From Candidatus Bathyarchaeota archaeon (GTDB lineage: Archaea; Thermoproteota; Bathyarchaeia; Bathyarchaeales; Bathycorpusculaceae), in the NCBI GenBank assembly GCA_963739305.1, contig CAVTZU010000011.1, positions 32,001 to 96,000 of the forward strand: a DNA stretch of 64,000 bases. Direction: 5' to 3'. A model generated the notes under the pieces. The model worked only from the letters and a program-made list of their open reading frames with translations. It made no database searches and was not told the origin of the DNA. Position 1 is the stretch's first letter. Each line of letters starts with the position of its first letter. A program made the translations under genes and the position numbers. Of this stretch, positions 9,996 to 19,144 are shown piece after piece.

Positions 9996-10610
9996 GTGAC
10001 CGACAGAACATCACGAGTTGCAGAGGCGCTATATCGTTCGGGCTGCCTGAAATTCGGTAGTTACTCCATTAAGTCTGAAGCCCAAAGCCCCTACTACATC
10101 GATCTCGCATGTCTGCTCTCAAGTCCAAAAGACCTTTGTGTCATAGCAGACGTCGCCGCTGAAGAAGTTCAGAAAATAGCAGTTGACGACAGAATAGACC
10201 TGTTGGCGTCGATCGAGCTTAAAGGAGCACTAATCCTTCCCAGCATTGCCTGCCGCACAAATCTTCCCTGCGTGGTGGTCAGGAAGGAGGAGAAAACTTA
10301 TGGTGCAATCGGACGAACAGCGGGAGCAATTGTCAAGAGAGGTAATGCGGCACTGTTCTTCGACGACGTGATCAGTGAAGATACGTCCAAGCTGGAAGCG
10401 ATAAGACCTCTTGAACAGTTAGGGGCTCGAATCGAGAATATTCTCGTTGTAGTCGACAGACAGCAGCGAGGAAAAGAGAACCTCGCCAGGCTAGGCTACA
10501 AAGTTCATGCTCTGGCAGAGGTCACTCAATTAGCTGACAGACTACTTCAAGAATCGAAAATCTCGAAAGAGCAGGCGGATGCCGTCATCAATTATGTGAA
10601 AAGCAAATGA
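9996..10610 (+). CDS. pyrE: Orotate phosphoribosyltransferase-like protein (divergent motifs)
   Basis: SPYYID, RKEEKTYG loop, PRPP loop DDVISEDTS, VVDRQQ. Confidence 0.75.
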   Translation: MTDRTSRVAEALYRSGCLKFGSYSIKSEAQSPYYIDLACLLSSPKDLCVIADVAAEEVQKIAVDDRIDLLASIELKGALILPSIACRTNLPCVVVRKEEKTYGAIGRTAGAIVKRGNAALFFDDVISEDTSKLEAIRPLEQLGARIENILVVVDRQQRGKENLARLGYKVHALAEVTQLADRLLQESKISKEQADAVINYVKSK

Positions 10611-10637
10611 ATACACTCGACTTTCCATATGTGTGGA

Positions 10638-11195
10638 TCAGGGCAACAGCTTTTTAACGATCTGTCGGGCACCTTCCATTGGCGAAGACGTTATTGTGTT
10701 TATAGTCACTTCTGGTCTCAACGGTGGTTCATAGGGCTGCCCCACGCCCGGAACATTGGGAGCTTTTCCTTCAAACGCCTTGGAATAGATCCGCCTGGGG
10801 GCGTTGTGAGTGTTAGCGCGTTTGACCTCACGCTCCATACAAACCTCTAGTGGGCATTCAAGATAGACCTCGATGAACTTTGGAATCTGACGCCTTGCCT
10901 CGTCCCGGTAGCTTCGGAGGTTCCCCGTGGCGTCGATGATGACGTTGGTGCCGTTGGCCGTAAGAAGATGAGCGATATAGACGAGAGTCCGATACACTAT
11001 GTCACGCTCTTCCAGTGAGTAATCTGGCTTAGGAGTCAAGACTTTGCGCAATTCATCAGAAGACAAGAGCTGGACGCGGACGTCCTTTTTGCTCATAAGC
11101 TTCATAAGAGCCTGAGACACAACAGATTTCCCGCTGCCGGGCATACCTGTAATCCAGACACACCAGCCGAGCTTATGCGACACTTCTCTGCTCAA
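10638..11195 (-). CDS. Adenylyl-sulfate kinase-like P-loop kinase
   Basis: WITGMPGSGKS Walker A; EVYLECPLEVC; PYEPP. Confidence 0.8.
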   Translation of the reverse strand: MSREVSHKLGWCVWITGMPGSGKSVVSQALMKLMSKKDVRVQLLSSDELRKVLTPKPDYSLEERDIVYRTLVYIAHLLTANGTNVIIDATGNLRSYRDEARRQIPKFIEVYLECPLEVCMEREVKRANTHNAPRRIYSKAFEGKAPNVPGVGQPYEPPLRPEVTINTITSSPMEGARQIVKKLLP

Positions 11196-11593
11196 GAGGA
11201 CCCCAGAACTGTTTCACTCATCTTTTCTTTTAAGAATTCATATTCTTGAATCTTGAAAAGGTGGCTTCTGCAATTGCAGTCTGAACTTCCGAAGCCGATT
11301 ATTGGGCTGCCGTTCTTGCTCAGTTCAGTCGAGAGTCTGCACTCCTCAGACCTTGTTGCTTTCTTGTGGAAGATCTTCACGATTTTTGCATGTCTGTTGG
11401 CGAGCAGGTAGTCAATATGCCAGAACTTTTTCTTTTCCAGCCTTTGGTGGCGTTCCAAGCGCTTGTTCAGGTTATTCTGAGCAGAACCAACGTAGGCATA
11501 GAGCCCGTGCTTGAACTCGATGATGCCCAGGGCTCCTACCTTTACGTGCGTGTTACTGGCAACAGTGATAATCAGAACGTAGATACCTTTCAT
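11192..11593 (-). CDS. GIY-YIG (DUF123/Uri) endonuclease family protein
   Basis: KGIYVL...YVGSA...WHIDYLL...GFGSSDCNCRSHL. Confidence 0.9.
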   Translation of the reverse strand: MKGIYVLIITVASNTHVKVGALGIIEFKHGLYAYVGSAQNNLNKRLERHQRLEKKKFWHIDYLLANRHAKIVKIFHKKATRSEECRLSTELSKNGSPIIGFGSSDCNCRSHLFKIQEYEFLKEKMSETVLGSS

Positions 11594-11709
11594 GCTTTTC
11601 TGCTGGAGGTGCTGTCTTTATACCATTTCAGGATTTCATTCGAGGCGTTCGGTGAGTAGCCCATTCCCTTGAGGAGTTTTGCAAGGTCATCAATAGACTT
11701 AACCGTCAA
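11590..11709 (-). CDS. Small hypothetical protein (39 aa), absent from the ORF track
   Basis: TTG start after AGGTG; MTVKSIDDLAKLLKGMGYSPNASNEILKWYKDSTSSRKA; stop overlaps the next ATG (ATGA). Confidence 0.55.
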   Translation of the reverse strand: MTVKSIDDLAKLLKGMGYSPNASNEILKWYKDSTSSRKA

Positions 11710-11816
11710 ACCACACCTGCCCCATGGAGGTTTACCTTGAAACCATATTTATACTTTAGTCTAAAAATCGATACGTGCACTTCACTTGATGGCAACCGAT
11801 TATTCGCTACTGAGTT

Positions 11817-12974
11817 CTAACTCAGATACGACTCCACTCTTTCATACTCGAAGTCTTTCGTCTCAAGCATCGTGCGCGCAAAGCGAAATAGTTTTTTGCG
11901 CACATTTGGAGACAGTTTTGGGTACCACAAAGGCGAAGCTAGGACAATGCTGCGCCAAGCATAGAAAGGTTGAATCACTTTCAGAATCTCATCGTCTCCA
12001 GATTCGTCAAGATAGTTTTTCCAGAAGAGTATGAACAATCTGCCAAACGGACCATTCATTTCTCCAAACGTCTGCAGGGAATAGAAAATGTAGTTTATCG
12101 TGATCGCAGCAACATCATCGGCAGGCTCGCCCCACTCTTCCCGGCTTCGATCCAGAACCGCGAAGTCCACGCCTTCCTTGAAAATAATGTTCCACGGGTG
12201 AAAGTCACCATGAACTTGAGACAACCTGTGCCCTAGGTGCTTGAGTCGCCACCGCCAATCGATGCAGTTTTTCTCAAACTGGACAAAGAACTTCTCATCT
12301 ACATAATCCAATTTGGGAGGATAGCTGTCGGTCAACCCGAAGATGCACTCGCCGTGGCCGATTAAGTCGCGGATAGCTCTCGCATATAGTGATGGATCGT
12401 CTTTCTTCAAAGAGTGTATCCCGACAAGATAGTTGGACATAGCGACGCAGCGTTCTTCGTCCCTGTCGGTTACATGACCTGTTTGTTTGATGCGGTCAAG
12501 GTCCATGTGATAGAGTTCTCCGTCCACGAACTCTGTCAGCAGGAAGAACTCGGCGCAGTCGCCTAAGGCCCTAAGGCTTTGACCGTCGCTTAGAAACGAG
12601 CCCACGTCAACAGATCGCACGTGCCTGTCAAGCTTGTTGAAAACAGAATGCTGCCAAAGCAGAATCCCAGCTCTGTCAGAAAAATAATCGTGCCCAAAAC
12701 CTTCAGGCTTCATGGTTTCCAACACTAGCCGCTTGGCCTGCCCTTCCACCTCGCACTGAATCAGACAGGGAACACCGTAACCGAAACCCTTCAAGTCCGC
12801 AGGTTCCCCACCGCGAAGCGGAGATATCTCCAAAACCTTCACCGGCGATTTATAGACGCCTAAAAGATACTCCTCCACCTTCTCAGCATGCAGTTCGAGC
12901 AAAGATAACCCACTCAAAACCAACATTAACTGTTCATAAGTTAAAAGTCTAGCGATGCGACTGCTGCTCAACAT
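11817..12974 (-). CDS. Aminoglycoside phosphotransferase/choline kinase-like protein (start probably further downstream)
   Basis: HGDFHPWNI catalytic loop; LDRS...WGEPADDV. Confidence 0.85.
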   Translation of the reverse strand: MLSSSRIARLLTYEQLMLVLSGLSLLELHAEKVEEYLLGVYKSPVKVLEISPLRGGEPADLKGFGYGVPCLIQCEVEGQAKRLVLETMKPEGFGHDYFSDRAGILLWQHSVFNKLDRHVRSVDVGSFLSDGQSLRALGDCAEFFLLTEFVDGELYHMDLDRIKQTGHVTDRDEERCVAMSNYLVGIHSLKKDDPSLYARAIRDLIGHGECIFGLTDSYPPKLDYVDEKFFVQFEKNCIDWRWRLKHLGHRLSQVHGDFHPWNIIFKEGVDFAVLDRSREEWGEPADDVAAITINYIFYSLQTFGEMNGPFGRLFILFWKNYLDESGDDEILKVIQPFYAWRSIVLASPLWYPKLSPNVRKKLFRFARTMLETKDFEYERVESYLS

Positions 12975-13094
12975 TATTTGGAGTGAAAAACAGTCAATTC
13001 ACGATCAAACAGTTCAAGACAGATGTGAACAGACGCTACGTCGTGCTCAATCTTAAATACGAAACCGTAAGACAACTATGGCAAGGAGACATGC

Positions 13095-14351
13095 ATGCAG
13101 AAATCTAAAATTAGAGACCCGAGCCTCGCATCGAGTGGTAATTTGCAGATGGAATGGGCATCGAAACACATGCCAGTTCTCAACCAGATCAGAGAAAGAC
13201 TCGACAGAGAAAAACCACTCAAAAATATCACACTCGGAGCCTGCCTGCACGTAACGAAAGAAACCGGAATCCTAGTCGAAACTTTCCTCGCAGCAGGTGC
13301 AGATATCGCCCTATGCGGATCTAACCCACTCTCAACTCAAGACGACATCGCAGCGGCACTCGTCAAAAGGGGCGCCAACGTCTTTGCCTGGCGCGGACAA
13401 TCAACAGAAGAATACTACTGGTGTGTCGACCGCGTGCTGGACTTTGACCCTCTCATAACCCTCGACGACGGCGCCGACCTTGTCGGCACGCTACACCGGA
13501 AGAGAAAACGAGCCCTGCCGAAAATCAAAGGAGGAACCGAAGAAACCACAACTGGTGTCCTACGCCTAAGAGCCATGGAAAAGAAAGGAGCCCTCAAGTA
13601 CCCGATCATAGCAGTCAATGACGCATACACCAAATACTTGTTCGATAACCGCTACGGCACAGGTCAAAGCACACTAGACGGAATACTTAGAGCAACCAAC
13701 ATACTGCTCGCAGGCAAGAACTTCATAGTGTGCGGCTATGGCTGGTGCGGAAAAGGCATAGCCATGAGAGCTCAAGGCATGGGCGCCAATGTCATAGTAA
13801 CTGAAGTAAACCCCACACGAGCCCTAGAAGCTGCAATGAACGGATTCAGAATCATGCCAATCGCCGAAGCCGCAAGCGTCGGCGACATCTTCGTCACAGC
13901 CACAGGTGATACCAGCGTCATAAGAAAAGAACACATGCAAAAAATGAAGGACGGCGCAATCCTCGCCAACAGTGGACACTTCAACGTCGAGGTAAACCCC
14001 AAGACTCTCGAAGAACTATCAACCAAGCAGCGAAGCATACGCCCCAACCTGCAAGAATACACTCTCAAAGACGGAAGAAAGCTTTACCTCCTAGCCGAAG
14101 GGAGACTCGTAAACCTCTCAGCCGCCGAAGGTCACCCCTCAGAGGTGATGGACATGTCCTTCGCAAACCAAGCCCTCTGCGTCGAGCATATAGCCAAGAA
14201 TGACAAACTCAAGCCAAAAGTGTACCCGGTGCCGAAAGAAATCGATGAACACATTGCAAAACTGAAGCTCGAAGCCATGAAAATCAAGATTGACAAACTG
14301 ACGAAGGAACAGAAAAAATACCTATCAGCGTGGGAACTGGGCACAACGTAA
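13095..14351 (+). CDS. ahcY: Adenosylhomocysteinase
   Basis: [48 protein letters not shown]. Confidence 0.97.
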   Translation: MQKSKIRDPSLASSGNLQMEWASKHMPVLNQIRERLDREKPLKNITLGACLHVTKETGILVETFLAAGADIALCGSNPLSTQDDIAAALVKRGANVFAWRGQSTEEYYWCVDRVLDFDPLITLDDGADLVGTLHRKRKRALPKIKGGTEETTTGVLRLRAMEKKGALKYPIIAVNDAYTKYLFDNRYGTGQSTLDGILRATNILLAGKNFIVCGYGWCGKGIAMRAQGMGANVIVTEVNPTRALEAAMNGFRIMPIAEAASVGDIFVTATGDTSVIRKEHMQKMKDGAILANSGHFNVEVNPKTLEELSTKQRSIRPNLQEYTLKDGRKLYLLAEGRLVNLSAAEGHPSEVMDMSFANQALCVEHIAKNDKLKPKVYPVPKEIDEHIAKLKLEAMKIKIDKLTKEQKKYLSAWELGTT

Positions 14352-14425
14352 CAGCCCAATTCTACACATGGTAAACTTTAAAAGGCATTAAGAAGATAAA
14401 CTTGGCTATCTAAGGGTGATATCAA

Positions 14426-14791
14426 ATGGCAAGTAAAGATCAAGCGATAGGCGCAGTCATATTCATTGTGTGTGCAATAGTTGGCATCTTCTACGTCATC
14501 ACACTCTTCTGGCCAGACTGGATAAACACAGCCTTCTCAACAAACTTCAGCACTAGCGGCATCCAATTCTGGATAATTGCAGTGCCAGTTCTAGTAGCAT
14601 TCATCGCCATAATGGGCATCGGCGCATGGATAGGTTGGACGATGGCTACGACACCACCACCGAAACCCATTGAAGAGATAACAAGCGAAATGGAAACAGA
14701 AGAGAAGAAGGCAACCGAGGAGAAACCAGTAGCAGAAGAAGCGCCCAAGGAAGAAGCAAAGAAAACTGAAAAGAAGAGAACTGAAAAGTAA
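14426..14791 (+). CDS. Conserved archaeal two-TM membrane protein with charged tail
   Basis: Two TM helices, WIGWTMATTPPPKPIEE, K/E-rich C-terminus. Confidence 0.75.
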   Translation: MASKDQAIGAVIFIVCAIVGIFYVITLFWPDWINTAFSTNFSTSGIQFWIIAVPVLVAFIAIMGIGAWIGWTMATTPPPKPIEEITSEMETEEKKATEEKPVAEEAPKEEAKKTEKKRTEK

Positions 14792-14879
14792 CTCAACTAT
14801 CTAATTCTTTTTGGACACCTTCTTTCCATTAGTGAGAACCTTGAAGCCATAATCAGAGCATTCTTTAGCGTTAACCAGC

Positions 14880-15281
14880 CTAACCATTTACACGTTTGAG
14901 CATACACTTCACTATACTTTCACACATCACGCATTCGTCAGGTATTGTCTTTTCACTCTTAGGCCGCTCACTCAGATACCCAAAACGGTGAGTACACTTT
15001 GCACTTGTTGGAGGCTCCGTTCTCTTGTCTTCAACATCACGCACAGCCTTCTCTTCACGGACATCCACCGTTGAACTTGCCCGTGCCTCGATCACTGGTG
15101 CACTGCCCGTTTCATCAATGGCTGTGAAGCACCTAGGGCACGCATCATACACTTCGGAATCCTCGCACAAGTTCTTCACTCTGATCGGCTTAGAGAAAAC
15201 AAGTCCACATGAGGAATTTGAACACGTAAACTTGGATTTTACAGTCTCTCGCGTGCGCTCTTTCCTTTTAGCCATAGTCAT
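14880..15281 (-). CDS. Hypothetical protein with two Cys-rich putative Zn-binding modules
   Basis: CSNSSC...CPRC and CTHRFGYL...PDECVMCESIVKC. Confidence 0.7.
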   Translation of the reverse strand: MTMAKRKERTRETVKSKFTCSNSSCGLVFSKPIRVKNLCEDSEVYDACPRCFTAIDETGSAPVIEARASSTVDVREEKAVRDVEDKRTEPPTSAKCTHRFGYLSERPKSEKTIPDECVMCESIVKCMLKRVNG

Positions 15282-15465
15282 CCTCGACTAGAAAAAGGAG
15301 CCTGTCCCTTATAGTGTTGATGAAGCCATAATCAATATCAATCGTAACGAAAACCAGACACCTCTGCCCCGCTCACAGACTCCGAGAATAGGTACTGATC
15401 AAGCATCATTACTTCAGATTCATAATTGTTTTAATCACATCGGCCGACTCTCAACGTGCCGAACG

Positions 15466-15663
15466 GTGAAAGCTATGTATTGCATAATCGTTAAGATCGA
15501 CCAAGACTTACCTTGGATAGAATTAAGAGGAGAATACGCAACGAGAAGAGAAGCCCAACAAGCGGCGAGAATAGCTGTAGGAAAAATCGGAGTCAAGATT
15601 GCCAACGTGCCCCAAGATAGAGAACCTGTGAAGGCACTGGTTACAGCAACAAGGCAACATTAG
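15466..15663 (+). CDS. Small hypothetical protein
   Basis: 65-aa ORF with plausible composition in an intergenic gap. Confidence 0.5.
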   Translation: MKAMYCIIVKIDQDLPWIELRGEYATRREAQQAARIAVGKIGVKIANVPQDREPVKALVTATRQH

Positions 15664-15766
15664 CGAAGCCAACAAAACCTTCTATAATAGCCAATCTCCA
15701 GAAATCGAAACAGTTCCCACAACATCCGATTTCTCTTCAACTTAAACAGAACCTTAACTGACAAAA

Positions 15767-15891
15767 TGGCGCCGGGGAAGGGATTCGAACCCCCGCGAGC
15801 CAAAGGCCCACTGGCTAGCTTGTCAACTCTGTTCTGAGCCCTTTGTGTTGTGATCTCGAGGCCAGCGCGATAACCACTCCGCCACCCCGGC
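15767..15891 (-). tRNA. tRNA-Ser(CGA) with 38-nt intron at 37/38 (15817-15854) and encoded CCA
   Basis: Minus strand GCCGGGG acceptor, CTGGC-CT-CGA-G^intron^A-GCCAG anticodon arm, long variable arm, GTTCGAATC T-loop, CCCCGGC-G-CCA. Confidence 0.95.
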
Positions 15892-16030
15892 ACTAGCTAG
15901 AAGTTCTTGGCCGTGGCTTTTAGCTTTATCCGCACCAGCTATTTGCAGTTGTCTAGGGATAGACAGGTTTCACCGCAACCAAAATTAACTGTTCAATGTT
16001 CAATAGTATTCAGATCGGAGAAGCCGCAAC

Positions 16031-16321
16031 TTGTCTGATGAGCAGAGAAGAACAAAATACGACATATACGCCGACATCATAGAGATCATCGCCAGAAAAG
16101 GACTGTGTTCTCTAACAAGAGTTTCCTATGGAGCCAACATGCCAGTGGACCGAACAAAGAAAGAGCTGACCTTCTTGGTTGCGCATGGCTTCATAACCGA
16201 AGTGACTCTGGAAGACTCAAAGAAGTATCGAGCGACCAAATGGGGACTCGAATACCTCGAAACCTTCAAACATATGAGGAAATTCTTCGCTGCCCTAGAG
16301 GATCGACCTCACAACTTGTGA
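16031..16321 (+). CDS. Winged helix-turn-helix transcriptional regulator
   Basis: RRTKYDIYADII...TRVSYGANM...KYRATKWG, typical archaeal wHTH. Confidence 0.85.
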   Translation: MSDEQRRTKYDIYADIIEIIARKGLCSLTRVSYGANMPVDRTKKELTFLVAHGFITEVTLEDSKKYRATKWGLEYLETFKHMRKFFAALEDRPHNL

Positions 16322-16398
16322 CTACAAACCGTGTTCCGCTTACGTGCGTCGCCTTTTAAGAGTTCTAAAGGGTACTCCTATTCATCGGAAAATTTGAG

Positions 16399-16632
16399 GT
16401 GGTTCAAATGGCAGGTAGTATAAGTAGGCGGTTAGGTTGGAAGAGAACCAGGGGCAAAACTGCGCCCAAACTCGGCATCACAAAAGATCAAGCTTCAACG
16501 AAGATATATGGAGCAGCCTCTATGTTGACTGCGTATGATCTGTCGTTAACTACAAATGAGCATGTTAGCAAGAACTATACTGAGGCAGCCATTGATGTCT
16601 TACTACTCAAAAGAACGCAACTACTGCAGTGA
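16399..16632 (+). CDS. Small hypothetical protein
   Basis: GAGGTG SD before ATG at 16408; co-oriented with neighbours. Confidence 0.45.
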   Translation: MVQMAGSISRRLGWKRTRGKTAPKLGITKDQASTKIYGAASMLTAYDLSLTTNEHVSKNYTEAAIDVLLLKRTQLLQ

Positions 16633-16689
16633 CGCCCAGTAACGAGATGTGAGTACCCCTTTTAAAGGTGAAAATGGAAACAAATCAAG

Positions 16690-17919
16690 GTGAAAACGAT
16701 GAGCAGCGCAGCTTCAATCCCATCAAGAACCACAGTGACCTTGGACGTCGTAAACGGAGACCTCGAGATAGGCAAGCACACGATCGTAAGAGGAACTGGT
16801 AACCCTCCAGCGGTCAAGGTTAACGGGGCAGTCTACTGCGAAGGCCACAACGTCTTCGAATGCAGCCTATCAGCACGAGAGCTCAACGCCGAAAACTCAG
16901 TAACAGTTCATGGCGACCTAGAGGTCAAAGATGACGTTGAAATCGAAGATGGTCGCCTTGAGGTCTATGGAAAAATGACAGCTGACGACGTGGACGTAGA
17001 TGACGCGGTGTTCGTTAGCAAAGACCTTCACGCAACCGACGTTGAGGTAGGTGGAAGCTTGAGAGTTGAGGGAAAAACCATGGTTGAAGACATAGACGTA
17101 GGCGGAACCTTCGAAGCAAAAGGCGAAGTCGAGGCGGACAGTGTAGACGTTGGCGGAAGACTTTCCATCGACTCAAAAGTTGACATCAAGAGCATAGACG
17201 TCGGTGGAACCGCAAGCGTAGCAGGAGGAATCATCCGCCAGATTGATGTTGGAGGAACCTTCGAGTCAAAAGGTCCGTTACAATTCGAAAAGATAGACGT
17301 AGGAGGAACGGTTGACCTCGCAGGAACAAGCAAAGGAGGAGAAATCGAGGTCGGTGGCTTTCTTAGAGCCAATGGCGATCTAACGTTTGCGGAACTGGAA
17401 GCCGGCGGCAAGGTACAGATCAAAGGCCAAACTCTAGGCGAAAGCATGGATGTCGGAGGAACCGTTGACATCGACGGATCTTTGGGACTTTCTGGTACAA
17501 TGGAAGTCGGAGGCAGAGCGGACATCAGCGGAGAGATCACAACACGAAACATAGAAATCGGCGGAACTTTGCGCGCGAGAAAAGTCACGGCGCAAGAACA
17601 CGTAGAAGTTGGAGGATCAATCAACACCGGGGAAGGTGTTCTAGCACGTTCCGTTGAAATAGGAAACAGGGGAACAGTGCATGGCTCCATACGCGCAGAG
17701 GAAATAGACGTCGGAAAAGGCGCCGAAGTTGAAGACCTATACGGCAAGCATATCGTGTTGAGAAATGAAGCAAGCGCCGGCAACGTTTATGGCGAAAACT
17801 TGACGATAGAATCTCACTGCAGGATAAATGGCGAAGTACAATACACCAACGAACTGAAGCAAGGCGAACATATTTCGTATGCACAACCACCGAAGCGGGT
17901 TACAATACTCCCCCATTGA
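16690..17919 (+). CDS. Bactofilin-like beta-helix (polymer-forming cytoskeletal family) protein
   Basis: Many ~17-aa repeats of the (I/V)(D/E)VGG type. Confidence 0.75.
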   Translation: MKTMSSAASIPSRTTVTLDVVNGDLEIGKHTIVRGTGNPPAVKVNGAVYCEGHNVFECSLSARELNAENSVTVHGDLEVKDDVEIEDGRLEVYGKMTADDVDVDDAVFVSKDLHATDVEVGGSLRVEGKTMVEDIDVGGTFEAKGEVEADSVDVGGRLSIDSKVDIKSIDVGGTASVAGGIIRQIDVGGTFESKGPLQFEKIDVGGTVDLAGTSKGGEIEVGGFLRANGDLTFAELEAGGKVQIKGQTLGESMDVGGTVDIDGSLGLSGTMEVGGRADISGEITTRNIEIGGTLRARKVTAQEHVEVGGSINTGEGVLARSVEIGNRGTVHGSIRAEEIDVGKGAEVEDLYGKHIVLRNEASAGNVYGENLTIESHCRINGEVQYTNELKQGEHISYAQPPKRVTILPH

Positions 17920-17931
17920 ACTGTAAAGGAA

Positions 17932-18915
17932 TCAATCCTTCTTTGGAACCGCCAAGTCTGATATGTCCACGCTGTGTTCATATATCTGCCTGAGGAAAGA
18001 AGCCACAGCGAGAATTTGGGGAACGAAGTCAAGCGACTGAGACCGCGCTAATTCCTCAATGTCTGCAAATTCCTTTTCAACCTTCGACCGCATACTGCGA
18101 ACGCCCTCCGCCATCCCGATATCGCCTGAAAGAAAGGCGCCTAGCGCTTTGTCATGGGCCTCAAACCCGACCGTTTGGAGGTTCAAGAACAATTTACCTA
18201 GCTTTTTGTTGAGCTTCGCGCCACGTAACTCCATGATTTTCCGTGCAGTCCGAACACAGTCATCTCCAATGGCTTCCACAAGGCTCGCTGCCAAACGATA
18301 GTCCAGGCAATCGATCGGGCTGACTCCTAGTTTTTCACTTAGACTCGGGTTTTGAATTATCGTGCGCAGGATTCGCACTAGCAGAAAGTACAACCTGTTG
18401 CTTTCATCGTCACGTGCTATGACACTCTTCGCAAGCTGCAAGTCGCCTTCAACAAAGGCGTTGATAACATCTCGATACATCCCAGCAGTTATCGAGTAAC
18501 CTCTCCGAAGAATCTTTTCCGGGCGAAATCCCGAAGGTTCCAGCAAGCATTGAAGGACAATCCCCGAATGATCTTCTTCAACAATCTCTAGCCCAACCAG
18601 ATTACGAACTGTCGTCTTCACGGCATCACGAACATCAAACCCGATTTTATCCTTTCCCTCGACGCGTATGATGTCAAAACCAAGAAGATATTTTGCGATA
18701 ATCTGACGCCCAAGATACGGCCCAGGCTCCAATACAGCGGATCTAAGAGTTGGTTCAGCCCCAAACCTTGTGTCGACTGTGAGCGTGCCATCAACAGTCT
18801 CGCTCACATCGACCACTCCACCCTTCTGTAAGCCATGGCGCTCGGCCCAAGACTTCGGCAAGCAAACAAAGAAAGTGCCCCCAGCGGTACGCTGAACCTT
18901 ACGCAATTCATGCAT
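17932..18915 (-). CDS. AbrB-PhoU phosphate uptake regulator
   Basis: RKVQRTAGGTFFVCLPKSW AbrB domain plus PhoU repeats (RDDESNRLYFL, EAIGD). Confidence 0.9.
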   Translation of the reverse strand: MHELRKVQRTAGGTFFVCLPKSWAERHGLQKGGVVDVSETVDGTLTVDTRFGAEPTLRSAVLEPGPYLGRQIIAKYLLGFDIIRVEGKDKIGFDVRDAVKTTVRNLVGLEIVEEDHSGIVLQCLLEPSGFRPEKILRRGYSITAGMYRDVINAFVEGDLQLAKSVIARDDESNRLYFLLVRILRTIIQNPSLSEKLGVSPIDCLDYRLAASLVEAIGDDCVRTARKIMELRGAKLNKKLGKLFLNLQTVGFEAHDKALGAFLSGDIGMAEGVRSMRSKVEKEFADIEELARSQSLDFVPQILAVASFLRQIYEHSVDISDLAVPKKD

Positions 18916-19144
18916 TTTTGTAATCCCCAACGATAGGGTATTTGACACTGAAGTATTAAAACATCTGAAGACGGCGGAAACATTAAGGCCTCAGGATCAT
19001 ATTTGAACGAAGCAAACTGTATAGCGTGCGTACAAAAAGAGGACCGAACACGTTAAGAGCCGCAGAAGAGATACGAAAGAAAGGGAGAAAGTCAAACCAC
19101 CGGCTTAGTTGTGCCAAAGAAGATAGAGGGGAGTACCCGCCAGC

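Noticed and set aside
14792-15766. Integrated element at the tRNA-Ser 3' end
   Set aside because: No duplicated tRNA 3' end or integrase was found.
15660-15893. 77-aa ORF
   Set aside because: It is a translation of the tRNA-Ser gene.
17028-17783. 251-aa antisense ORF with PPTS repeats
   Set aside because: Mirror of the DVGG repeats of the bactofilin-like gene.
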